Assembly: GCA_050252455.1 (NCBI GenBank)
Contig: JBFWKW010000002.1
Coordinates: forward strand, 129,421 to 193,420
DNA from: Campylobacterales bacterium
GTDB taxonomy: Bacteria; Campylobacterota; Campylobacteria; Campylobacterales; UBA6016
DNA length: 64,000 nucleotides
Direction of reading: 5' to 3'
Part shown: positions 29,770-38,753 of the stretch, piece by piece
Layout of the letters: every line of letters begins with the position of its first letter
How positions within the stretch are numbered: position 1 is the stretch's first letter
Translations under genes and position numbers: made by a program
Notes under the pieces: generated by a model
What the model was told of the DNA's origin: nothing
The model's database searches: none
What the model saw: only the letters and a program-made list of their open reading frames with translations

Positions 29770-31481
29770 CTATGTGTAATATATCCCATTGTTGAATAGT
29801 TTAGACTATTAATTTTCTCTATTTCTTCACCACTAAATAAGTTCCACCCGTCAAATACAAGAGCATTTTTATTCATAGACGAAAAACACATATATGTATC
29901 AAATTTATCGTTTAGATAGTGATTATTCATAAATAAAACGACATCTTTGCCGCAAAATGCCTCTCCGATATTGTCCACGCAGGAAACACCCAATGCCTCA
30001 ATATCCTCCTTGTCAACAACGAAATCCTTAACATAGATATTGCCTCTAGAGGGCAAGATTTCTATTAGCTTTAAAGCAGTTGACTCTCTTATATCCGAAG
30101 TTTCCGGCATTCCTTTAAAGGCAAGTCCAACAATCAAGATATCCAAATCTTCCAGTTTCTTATCTATCATTGAACAATAATGGAGCAGCTTATTGTAGAC
30201 ATAGATGTGACCGTTGCTGTTAATTTCTCTACTGGCACTACCTAGAATCGGTTTATAGAAATTAAAATCTGAGCTATTAGTATATAGATGCGGATCCTTG
30301 GATAGACAGATACCTCCAACCCCTGGACTTGGCTTTGGAATGGGGTTTCTTGGATAGCCGTCGTTTGCAGCTTCAATTAGCTTAAATGCGTTTATATTGT
30401 ATTGTTCGCATATGTAAGAAACTTCATTGGCAAAAGAGAAAACCAAATCCCTAAAAGTATTATTTAGCAATTTGACCATTTCTGCCGCCTCAAGACTTTC
30501 AACCTCTACTACAGAATGGGTGATTTCTTTAAAAATTTTAGACGCTACATCCCTACACTTTGACGAATAGCCACCGACTATCTGCGGGAGACTTTGAACC
30601 TCTTCAATGGCCTTTCCCTCAACTGTTCTCTCTGGTGCAAACGCAACATAGAAATCTTCTCCAGCCCTCATTCCGCTCTTTTCAAGAATCGGCACTACAA
30701 CATTTCTAGTTGTCCCAATCGGCAGTGTGGATCTATATATGACCGTATCGCCATATTTGATTTTTTTGGAAAGCGCATTCGTGACCTCATTAATATACTG
30801 CATATTGGGATTATTATTTTTATCAACAGGCGTGCCTACGGCAACTATATACACATCTGAATATATGCTATCAGCATCTGATGAAAACTCAATAGCGCCC
30901 CTACTATTCGATGCCTCCAAAAGAGGCTTCAGACCATTTTCAAAAAAATGCGGATCATTGTTCCTCAATCTATCTATCACTACTTTACTAACGTCCACAC
31001 CAGTAACATGAAAGCCTTTACTGCACATTACAAGACCAAGAGTAAGTCCAACAAACCCCATTCCGTAAACGGATACTGTTTTTGATAGCACATCGTCTGT
31101 TAGATCACCAAGAAGCACAACATCGTTGAAAGTACCATCGTCATTAAGCACAACAATTTTATTAACAGAAAAATTTTTGTTTAGTTGTTGTCTTTGAGAT
31201 ATTTGTCTTATAGCCTGAGCATGCATTTCTCTTTTATTTGACGAAAATAGTACACATACTGGATTCTTATTAAAAGTAGACTCGATGCTAGAGTTCAAAT
31301 CACTATTTTTAATGATAAATTTCCTAATATCGCCATCGGTTAGCGTGCCGACCACTTTTTTATTACTATCAACCACGATCGCAATTCCAAATATTCCATT
31401 ATTAAGAGCGGTGTTTGACATTTGTTCAGCGACAGCTTTTATACTATCTGTTGTACTGACAATTACTTTAAATTTAGACAA
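29766..31481 (-). CDS. CBS-pair fused NDP-sugar 6-dehydrogenase (UDP-Glc/GDP-Man/WecC family)
   Basis: N-terminal CBS motif VVDSNKKVVGTLTDGDIRK, then GMGFVG, VAVGTP, STLPIGTT, APER, AEMVKL, GVGGICLSKDP (catalytic Cys) and GLAFKG...DIRES. Confidence 0.85.
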   Translation of the reverse strand: MSKFKVIVSTTDSIKAVAEQMSNTALNNGIFGIAIVVDSNKKVVGTLTDGDIRKFIIKNSDLNSSIESTFNKNPVCVLFSSNKREMHAQAIRQISQRQQLNKNFSVNKIVVLNDDGTFNDVVLLGDLTDDVLSKTVSVYGMGFVGLTLGLVMCSKGFHVTGVDVSKVVIDRLRNNDPHFFENGLKPLLEASNSRGAIEFSSDADSIYSDVYIVAVGTPVDKNNNPNMQYINEVTNALSKKIKYGDTVIYRSTLPIGTTRNVVVPILEKSGMRAGEDFYVAFAPERTVEGKAIEEVQSLPQIVGGYSSKCRDVASKIFKEITHSVVEVESLEAAEMVKLLNNTFRDLVFSFANEVSYICEQYNINAFKLIEAANDGYPRNPIPKPSPGVGGICLSKDPHLYTNSSDFNFYKPILGSASREINSNGHIYVYNKLLHYCSMIDKKLEDLDILIVGLAFKGMPETSDIRESTALKLIEILPSRGNIYVKDFVVDKEDIEALGVSCVDNIGEAFCGKDVVLFMNNHYLNDKFDTYMCFSSMNKNALVFDGWNLFSGEEIEKINSLNYSTMGYITHR

Positions 31482-31482
31482 T

Positions 31483-32145
31483 TTATAACTCCGAAAAAGA
31501 TTTAACTTTAACTATATCAGAAGATATCGATTCATTTCTATCGATAACAATACAATCGACGCCATATTGCCGACTCAATGCAAAATCCATATAGTCGTCA
31601 CCAAAAAATATAACATCCCGCTTTGTGCACTTCTCTGCGTCCAATATACTTTTCAAATGGCCTCCTCCTTTTTTAAAAGAATCAGAACTGCCAAAAATAG
31701 ATTTTATGTTACTAATAACTTCATATTGTAGTCTTTTTTGGGTCAAAAAATCTAATTCCAGCTGCGGAACGGACGATGATATGTAAATATTTTTATTACC
31801 CAAAATAGCATTTTTCATAAAAACAATAGCATCTTCAAAAACATTAGCATTCACCAATTTCTTTTTATTTTCTTCTGTTAATTTTTGATTAAATAACTCA
31901 TACGCAATATCGGAAAATTCTATATTTGCCCTTTTTAATACTTCACGAAATATTTCTTTTCTCGGCAATCCGGACAACTCAACATATATAGAATATATTA
32001 CACACTTATCCATAGATATATTCTCTATGTATTTAATCACTTCATATAAACTATCCGTAAATGTATTGCGTTTTATCTCCATAGAGTCAAAGATAGTGCC
32101 GTCCCAGTCAAAAACAAAAATTTTTTTCTCCGTAAAATTAAACAC
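31483..32145 (-). CDS. HAD-superfamily phosphatase
   Basis: FDWDGTIFDS, ISSS, K, FFGDDYMD motifs I-IV. GTG start. Confidence 0.82.
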   Translation of the reverse strand: MFNFTEKKIFVFDWDGTIFDSMEIKRNTFTDSLYEVIKYIENISMDKCVIYSIYVELSGLPRKEIFREVLKRANIEFSDIAYELFNQKLTEENKKKLVNANVFEDAIVFMKNAILGNKNIYISSSVPQLELDFLTQKRLQYEVISNIKSIFGSSDSFKKGGGHLKSILDAEKCTKRDVIFFGDDYMDFALSRQYGVDCIVIDRNESISSDIVKVKSFSEL

Positions 32146-33832
32146 TTTCTATCTTTCCATTTTGGACTTTTAGTATTTTGTCGCATTTCTCTATTGTACT
32201 CAATCTATGCGCAATCACCAACATTGTCTTACTTTTACCAGCCTCGTATATTTCTTCCATTATCTTGGACTCTGTTTCATTGTCCAAAGCAGATGTGGCC
32301 TCATCCAAGACTAATATTTCCGGATCACCGTATAATGCTCTAGCTATACCTATTCTTTGTTTTTGCCCACCGGAAAGTTTTATGCCACCATCACCTACTT
32401 TTGTATAAATTCCGTCTTTTTTGGCAAGAAAATCATATATATTTGCTTGTTTAAGCGCACTTATAATCCTTTGCTCGTCAAATATTTTTCCAAATGCAAC
32501 ATTTTCGGCTACAGTCGAGTCGAAAAGATAAATATTTTGCGGTATATAACCTACTTTTCTGCGCCATGCACCGATATTGCCATTGTTTATTAGACAATTG
32601 TCGACTTTTATACTGCCGCCATGCTGACAATATATGCCTATGATAATATCTATAAGAGTGGATTTGCCACTGCCACTTTCCCCTATAAAGGCTATCTTGT
32701 CACCTTTATTAATAACAAAAGATATATCCGTTAAAACTTGATGGTTTGCGTCATACCCGAATGATATATTTTCCAGAACGATTTTTTCATCAAAAGCCAC
32801 AGGCTCAACGCCATAGCTCTCTTTCTCAAAAATTAAATCATCATAAATAATATCTAGCGACTTAGACCAAAACAGAATATTGTTATAGCTTATCAACATT
32901 CTGTTTATGGCGGGCAACATTCGATACATTGCCAATGCATACATTGTGATAACAGGAATAACAAAAGATGCGTCATTGTATTTATAGATAATAAACAAAA
33001 CCGAAGCTATGAGAATTGAAAAACCGACAGTTTCTAAAATATTCTTAGGCACCTGATTAAAAGTATTACTAATAATATGATTTCTAGCAAGGCCTTTGCC
33101 AGAAACGGCAAAAGAATCTAATATTTGCGACTCATTTCCGATAAGTTTTATTATTTTAAAATTCCCGAATGTTTCTGCTATCAATCTATGAAATTTATTT
33201 TGAAAAGCGGCTCTTTTCTCGCCTTGTCTTTTAATGATTTTAGAGAGCTTCTTTGTTAAAAACAACACCTTAAGCCCAACTATCGCAGTTAATAGAAGGG
33301 TCATTTTAAGGTTGACGAATAAAATTAAAATATATAGAAAAACTACAGTAAACATCTCAGACATAAACAAAAGTATGTTCTGAATCATATTTGATAAATT
33401 AGAGGCTTCACTTGTAATTGTTTTTATCATGGTAGAAGAGTTTCTGCTGACAAACTTATCATATGGTAAATTTATATACCCCTCAAATAGTCTAGATGAA
33501 AACTTATAAAAAACATTGAAACTGAAAGTATTAGATACGTATGAGTATAAAAATCCGTAAGCTCCTCTGGCAAAATAGTAAACTATTAAGATAAACCCGA
33601 AAGCAAAAATAAAATTATTCTTGCTTTCGAAATTAAAAAAAGTATAAACAGATTTAAAATATGCATTCGTATCAATTTGTGACGGATTTGACGATACTGA
33701 TATAAACGGCATTATGGCGGAGATACCAATTGTTTCAATAAGCGAGAGCAGTATGCTCATAAATAGCAACACAAGTAAAAATATCTTGTCTTGCTTGGTG
33801 GTAATAGCTCTTAATTTACTTATACTTGACAT
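32138..33832 (-). CDS. PglK/Wzk/MsbA-type ABC lipid-linked oligosaccharide flippase
   Basis: Six-TM domain plus GESGSGKST, LSGGQKQR, LVLDEATSALD, IAHRLST. First gene of the glycan operon. Confidence 0.88.
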   Translation of the reverse strand: MSSISKLRAITTKQDKIFLLVLLFMSILLSLIETIGISAIMPFISVSSNPSQIDTNAYFKSVYTFFNFESKNNFIFAFGFILIVYYFARGAYGFLYSYVSNTFSFNVFYKFSSRLFEGYINLPYDKFVSRNSSTMIKTITSEASNLSNMIQNILLFMSEMFTVVFLYILILFVNLKMTLLLTAIVGLKVLFLTKKLSKIIKRQGEKRAAFQNKFHRLIAETFGNFKIIKLIGNESQILDSFAVSGKGLARNHIISNTFNQVPKNILETVGFSILIASVLFIIYKYNDASFVIPVITMYALAMYRMLPAINRMLISYNNILFWSKSLDIIYDDLIFEKESYGVEPVAFDEKIVLENISFGYDANHQVLTDISFVINKGDKIAFIGESGSGKSTLIDIIIGIYCQHGGSIKVDNCLINNGNIGAWRRKVGYIPQNIYLFDSTVAENVAFGKIFDEQRIISALKQANIYDFLAKKDGIYTKVGDGGIKLSGGQKQRIGIARALYGDPEILVLDEATSALDNETESKIMEEIYEAGKSKTMLVIAHRLSTIEKCDKILKVQNGKIESV

Positions 33833-33855
33833 AAAACCTCACATCTAAAGTACAA

Positions 33856-33864
33856 ATTTTAACA
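33856..33864 (-). promoter_or_regulatory. Extended -10 promoter (TGtTAAAAT) for the glycan operon
   Basis: Minus strand reads TGTTAAAAT, 24 nt upstream of ATG 33832, followed by a GAGG SD. Confidence 0.55.
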
Positions 33865-33898
33865 AACCGCCCCTTGTTTTACAGCCTACAGCAACTTT

Positions 33899-33907
33899 GG
33901 GTAAAAT
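33899..33907 (+). promoter_or_regulatory. Candidate -10 (gggTAAAAT) for ccoI-ccoS
   Basis: TAAAAT at 33902-33907, upstream of AAAGG and TTG 33934. Confidence 0.45.
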
Positions 33908-33933
33908 CTACGCCAAAAATTAAAGGTATTTTC

Positions 33934-36324
33934 TTGTCCAAAACCGCTTGTTCCCACTGCCACTTAGAATTTGAACAAAATGAAATGATAAAAGACGGCA
34001 ACGATACTAAAGAGCTGTTTTTTTGCTGCAAAGGGTGTCAGGGTATCTATCATCTATTGCAAGATGAGGGGTTAGATAGTTTTTACGGAAAGCTAGGCTC
34101 CAAAACCCTTGAGCCGCCAAAGCATCTTATCGATGACTCTTCAAGATTTGATTATGAGGGATTTCACAAGCGGTATGTGACGGACAGAGCCGACGGATAC
34201 AAAGAAATATCACTCATCATCGAGGGCATTCACTGTGCGGCATGCGTATGGCTCAACGAAAAAATCCTCACAAGAGCAGAGGGCGTCATAGAGGCAAATA
34301 TCAACTTCACAAACAACAAAGCCCGTATCGTATGGGATGAAAGCAAAATAAAACTCTCTGAAATTATCGATAAAATAAGAGCTATCGGCTACGACGCGAT
34401 GCCTTATGACGCAGGTATTCAAGAGGAGAGCGCCAACCGTCTAAGACGCCAAAACTACACCAAAATGATAGTCGGCGTATTTGCTACGATGAATATCATG
34501 TGGATAGCCGTCGCCCTATACGCCGGATATTTCAGCGGCATAGAAGAGGGGCACAAAGACATTCTCCATCTAGCGGAATTTATACTTGCCTCCATAACCC
34601 TGTTTTACTCAGGAAGTATATTTTACAAGGGGGCATTCACGGCTGCAAAACACGGTTTTGTAACGATGGATACGCTCGTCGCCACCGGCTCAACGCTTAC
34701 ATACTCTTATTCCATTTACGCCTCCCTCACCCATGCCGGTGAGGCTTACTTCGACTCGGTTACAATGATAATAACCTTCGTCCTCGTGGGCAAATACCTA
34801 GAAACCCTCTCAAAAAAACAGGCCATAGACACGTTAGACAAACTCTCATCCATTATACCTACCGAGGTTGCCGTCGTAAAGAACGACAAAACCGAATATA
34901 TGCCTATAGACTCGGTAGCCGTAGGAGCGATAGTTGAAATGCGTGCCGGCGACGTAGCCGCCCTCGACGGTGTCGTGATAAACGGCGAGGCAAACTTTGA
35001 CGAGTCAACGCTAAGCGGCGAATCGGAACCGGTACTAAAAAAAGACGGCGACAAAATCACAAGCGGCTCAAAAAATCTGGACGGCATAGTTCGATATGAA
35101 GTGACAAAAGATTCCAAACACTCAAGCTTTTCGGAAATCGTTCGTCTATTGTCGGAGTCATTGGAGAAAAAACCGAAAATCGAGAGCATGGCAAATAACC
35201 TCTCAAGATATTTTTCAATTACGATTTTATCTTTGGCTTTGGCGACATTTTTGGGATGGCTATTTGTAGGCGAAATAGGATTTGAGAAAGCTCTTGTCAT
35301 ATCGGTATCCGTCATCATAATAGCTTGCCCTTGTGCACTAGCCCTTGCCACGCCGATAGCCTCCGTCATAGGGCTTTACGCTGCCGCAAAAAAAGGGGCG
35401 ATATTCAAATCATCTTCGATGTTGGAGACGATAGCAAAAGCGGATACGATAGTTTTGGATAAGACCGGAACAATCACCGAGGGCAAACCGAAAGTGCTTA
35501 GAGAAAAAGAATTTGCCCCTTACGACAAAGCCGCCCTGTCCGTTTTGGTGTCCGCGTCCAAGCATCCGATATCTCAGGCCGTGCTGTCTCACACCGGAGT
35601 AATGCAAAAAGAGCTGGACGCAATCAAAGAGGTACGCTCAAAAGGGATAGAAGCCAACTTGGACGGTCGCAAAATCATCGGCGGCAACGGCGAATATATG
35701 GCGGAACACGGAATAAACGTAAATTTTGAAAGCGATAAAAGCCTATTTTTCTATGCCGAGGGCGGCGAGCTAAAGGTTGTTTTTGAGCTGGAAGACAAGA
35801 TAAAAGAGGGGGCGAAGGAGACCATAGAGAGCCTCCAAAGCTACGGACTAAACGTAGTGATGTTGACGGGGGATAATGAAAAAGCGGCCGAAAAAGTAGC
35901 ATTGGAACTTGGAATCAAAGACTATCAGTCCAAAATGAACCCGCAAGAAAAGCTATCATTTATCGAAAATGCGCAACAAAACGGCAAAGTAGTCATAATG
36001 GCCGGTGACGGTATCAACGACTCCCTGGCGCTGGCACGCGCCGACATAGGCATAGCTATGGCATCCGGAGCCGAAATCAATCTACAAACAAGCGATATCG
36101 TATTGCTACACAACTCGATTACCGAGCTAAAAGAGGCCGTCAGGATAGGACGCAAAACATACAAAACAATCAAGCAAAATATCGGCATATCAATACTATA
36201 TAATGCCGTTACGATACCGCTGGCGATGTCGGGATTCGTAATACCGCTCGTTGCGGCAATATCAATGTCTTTTAGCTCGATATTGGTGGTGCTCAACTCA
36301 ACAAAAATAAAAAATGAGGCGTAA
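33934..36324 (+). CDS. ccoI: Cu-transporting P1B ATPase for cbb3 oxidase assembly (CcoI/FixI)
   Basis: CSHC/CCKGC N-terminus, HMA CAAC, CPCAL, DKTGT, TGDN, GDGINDS, followed by ccoS. Start moved to TTG 33934. Confidence 0.9.
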   Translation: MSKTACSHCHLEFEQNEMIKDGNDTKELFFCCKGCQGIYHLLQDEGLDSFYGKLGSKTLEPPKHLIDDSSRFDYEGFHKRYVTDRADGYKEISLIIEGIHCAACVWLNEKILTRAEGVIEANINFTNNKARIVWDESKIKLSEIIDKIRAIGYDAMPYDAGIQEESANRLRRQNYTKMIVGVFATMNIMWIAVALYAGYFSGIEEGHKDILHLAEFILASITLFYSGSIFYKGAFTAAKHGFVTMDTLVATGSTLTYSYSIYASLTHAGEAYFDSVTMIITFVLVGKYLETLSKKQAIDTLDKLSSIIPTEVAVVKNDKTEYMPIDSVAVGAIVEMRAGDVAALDGVVINGEANFDESTLSGESEPVLKKDGDKITSGSKNLDGIVRYEVTKDSKHSSFSEIVRLLSESLEKKPKIESMANNLSRYFSITILSLALATFLGWLFVGEIGFEKALVISVSVIIIACPCALALATPIASVIGLYAAAKKGAIFKSSSMLETIAKADTIVLDKTGTITEGKPKVLREKEFAPYDKAALSVLVSASKHPISQAVLSHTGVMQKELDAIKEVRSKGIEANLDGRKIIGGNGEYMAEHGINVNFESDKSLFFYAEGGELKVVFELEDKIKEGAKETIESLQSYGLNVVMLTGDNEKAAEKVALELGIKDYQSKMNPQEKLSFIENAQQNGKVVIMAGDGINDSLALARADIGIAMASGAEINLQTSDIVLLHNSITELKEAVRIGRKTYKTIKQNIGISILYNAVTIPLAMSGFVIPLVAAISMSFSSILVVLNSTKIKNEA

Positions 36325-36326
36325 AA

Positions 36327-36560
36327 ATGGATGATAATATACTCTCTTTAATGCTGTTTGGCTCTTTGATACTAGGCGGTCTCGGCGTTGTAGGTTTCAT
36401 TTGGGGGCTCAAAAGTGGACAGTTCGATGATGAAAAAAAATTTACACACGGTCTTTTATTTGACGACGAAGACGAGCTAAGAGAGGCGGCAAAAAAAGAC
36501 GAAAAAAGAAAAACTACCCACGAAAACTCTCAACAAGGGCATTCAGAGCAGTCTCATTAA
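36327..36560 (+). CDS. ccoS: cbb3-type cytochrome oxidase assembly protein
   Basis: Single TM, then WGLKSGQFDD and an acidic tail. Directly after ccoI. Confidence 0.88.
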   Translation: MDDNILSLMLFGSLILGGLGVVGFIWGLKSGQFDDEKKFTHGLLFDDEDELREAAKKDEKRKTTHENSQQGHSEQSH

Positions 36561-37476
36561 GGCCTATGCTCATTCTGTCTTTCATGATGCGTAGAGCCGG
36601 AAAAGAGCCTAACGCCTCTTTATAGCTACGCTTCGTAGTCAAGGCGTCAAACACGTCCGCAACGGAAATTATCTGCGCAAAAAACGGTATCTTATAGCGG
36701 TTGAGGGAATACGGATACCCGCTCCCGTCCATTTTTTCGTGATGATAAAGGACGGAATCAATGATATTTTGATTTGTCTCCCCGAGAGACTCCAAAATTA
36801 TCTTCCCCTCCGTCGTATGAGTCTTCATAATCTCAAACTCGTCAACCGTAAGCGCACCCTCTTTGTTTAGTATCGAAGAATCAATACGAGCCTTGCCTAT
36901 ATCATGCAGCATAGCTCCGTGCGCCAGCTCCTCTATCTCTTTATCTTTGAGTCCGAGCTTTTTGCCTATGGCTATCGAGTATATACAGACATTCACGCAA
37001 TGACTATATGTATAATAATCATACGACAGCACTTTAACCATCGACAAAAAAGCAGCCTTGTCGCTTAGTACGTTATCGAGCACGACACTTGCAAGCCCTT
37101 TTGAGTCCTCAACCGCCTCCTTGGACTCTATATTTTCAAACAACTCCTCAACCACCATAACCGCAGTTGAATAGACCATTTGCGATTTCTCTTCGCGCGT
37201 TACATTTGGGTTTGAGGATATATCTAGCACTGCTTTTTTGAGGTAATTTTTGAATGCCCCCAAATCATCTTTTTTTACAAAGATAGCCGCTTTATTTGAG
37301 CGAAGTTCTTTTAGTTTTGCCTCTGCCAAATTGTACTCTTTTGGACAAAGCAAAATGCACTCATCCCCTTTTTCACACATAAAAAGGTCAACGGGCACGG
37401 GCTTACTAGGGGTCAAAACTCCATGCGGTATCGACTCCAAAGACGATACAAGGATTTTATCGGAGTACTTGTTCAT
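36514..37476 (-). CDS. HD-GYP c-di-GMP phosphodiesterase
   Basis: YTYSHCVNV, MLHDIGK, HHEKMDGSGYP, ADVFDALTTKRSYK. Confidence 0.9.
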   Translation of the reverse strand: MNKYSDKILVSSLESIPHGVLTPSKPVPVDLFMCEKGDECILLCPKEYNLAEAKLKELRSNKAAIFVKKDDLGAFKNYLKKAVLDISSNPNVTREEKSQMVYSTAVMVVEELFENIESKEAVEDSKGLASVVLDNVLSDKAAFLSMVKVLSYDYYTYSHCVNVCIYSIAIGKKLGLKDKEIEELAHGAMLHDIGKARIDSSILNKEGALTVDEFEIMKTHTTEGKIILESLGETNQNIIDSVLYHHEKMDGSGYPYSLNRYKIPFFAQIISVADVFDALTTKRSYKEALGSFPALRIMKDRMSIGLNETALNALVESFRG

Positions 37477-38657
37477 CAGAGTGTGCTAACGGCTTTTTTG
37501 AACAAAGTCTGTACGCTGTCATCCACAGAATACTCTACGGCTCCGCCTTTAAATCTAACTTGCAATCCATCTTTTGCCAACTTATCAAGCTCTACTTGCA
37601 GCCTCTCAAGCATTCTAGCGGCACCCTGCCTTGGAGTCTCGGTAGCTATTACGGCAAGTTGGTTTTTATCTACTTTGGCAAAAAGATCTGACGAGCGCAA
37701 CGTATGCCTCATGACTTTAAATATCTTCTCCCAAGCCTCTATGTCTTCGCCGCTATCAACATCGAAATTTACAAGAACAAGCGAAAAAGTCTTTTTATAT
37801 CTTTTGCATCTTGCTATTTCAAATTCAAGCATTGAGCGAAACTTGATTTTCTCTTTTGAATTAATCTGAGAGGACAGCATCTCTATTTTTCTGTTAAACG
37901 ATTTTTCAATCTCGGTAATGTCGGTCATCGTCACGATAAAGTGGTCTTTTGTCACCTCCGATACGCCAAGCTCCAGATAAAACTCTCTCTTCTCGCCTCT
38001 TCTGTTATCGTATACAAGCGCCTTCGGCTCTTCGCCGTTAAGTATAAAATCTCTTAGCCACCCCTTCGATAGCTTAGCCTGCTCATCCATGACGAATATA
38101 GACGATAAATCAGGGTATGTCTGACTAAATTGCTTTATTGTTTTTGCACCGAAACACTCCATAAAAGCCTTATTGGCTTTGAATATGCCGACACCGTCCG
38201 TTTCAAATACAGGATTATCTTCGGCGTTAAGAATCTCTTGCATATACTTTGATTGAAAAGACAAGGCTCTATCCATCAGAGTGTCTATGGATTTGGTAAG
38301 CGCTTCGGATAGTTTTGGAACCGATATAGGTTTTAGTACGAACCTATAAATGCCCATATTTACCATTTCTATCAGTTTGTGCGGCTCTATAAAACCGAGA
38401 ATTACGATGATTTCACATTCAGGATTGAGGTTTTTTATTTTTGAAGAGAAATCAACTATGTCCATTATGGCTAGCTTCAAGTCTATCACGACTAGTTGCG
38501 GCATTATTGAGTTAAAATCCCTGATGGCCTCTGCCGGATCTTTGATATAGTGGACGGCTTTTACCCTTTGTATTAGCATGCTATCTATTTCAAAACTGAG
38601 TTCACCCTCAGAATCAACAACCATTACGGTAAGTTTTCTCATAAAAGTTTCGTTCAC
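37476..38657 (-). CDS. REC-PAS-like-GGDEF protein with a degenerate active site
   Basis: REC (VVD, VIDL, KP), central NKAF PAS-like segment, and a GGDEF fold with LRSSDLFAKVDKNQL where R(x)GGEEF is expected. GTG start after GGAGG. Confidence 0.7.
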   Translation of the reverse strand: MNETFMRKLTVMVVDSEGELSFEIDSMLIQRVKAVHYIKDPAEAIRDFNSIMPQLVVIDLKLAIMDIVDFSSKIKNLNPECEIIVILGFIEPHKLIEMVNMGIYRFVLKPISVPKLSEALTKSIDTLMDRALSFQSKYMQEILNAEDNPVFETDGVGIFKANKAFMECFGAKTIKQFSQTYPDLSSIFVMDEQAKLSKGWLRDFILNGEEPKALVYDNRRGEKREFYLELGVSEVTKDHFIVTMTDITEIEKSFNRKIEMLSSQINSKEKIKFRSMLEFEIARCKRYKKTFSLVLVNFDVDSGEDIEAWEKIFKVMRHTLRSSDLFAKVDKNQLAVIATETPRQGAARMLERLQVELDKLAKDGLQVRFKGGAVEYSVDDSVQTLFKKAVSTL

Positions 38658-38702
38658 GATAGGCCTCCATCAATAAAACGGCTACAAAGCGGTCGTATTT
38701 TG

Positions 38703-38708
38703 ATTATA
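38703..38708 (-). promoter_or_regulatory. -10 box (TATAAT) for the REC-GGDEF / HD-GYP operon
   Basis: Perfect TATAAT on the minus strand, 45 nt upstream of GTG 38657. Confidence 0.45.
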
Positions 38709-38753
38709 TTTTTTAGTAAGTTAAAACAAACATAAAATGTAAAGGTTTTTTAA

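Noticed and set aside
33833-33933. JUMPstart/ops antitermination element upstream of the long glycan operon
   Set aside because: No GGCGGTAG-type ops match in the short leader. The nearby GGCGGTTTG lies upstream of the predicted -10 and would not be transcribed.
34746-35369. Long antisense ORFs (also 22501-22962, 23077-23559, 58814-59407, 62326-62760)
   Set aside because: They lie wholly opposite well-supported genes, are Ser/Thr-rich, and have no recognisable motifs.
36514-36560. 47-nt convergent overlap of ccoS and the HD-GYP gene as antisense regulation
   Set aside because: Short 3' overlaps are common in compact genomes, and the CcoS tail is low-complexity. Nothing else supports regulation.
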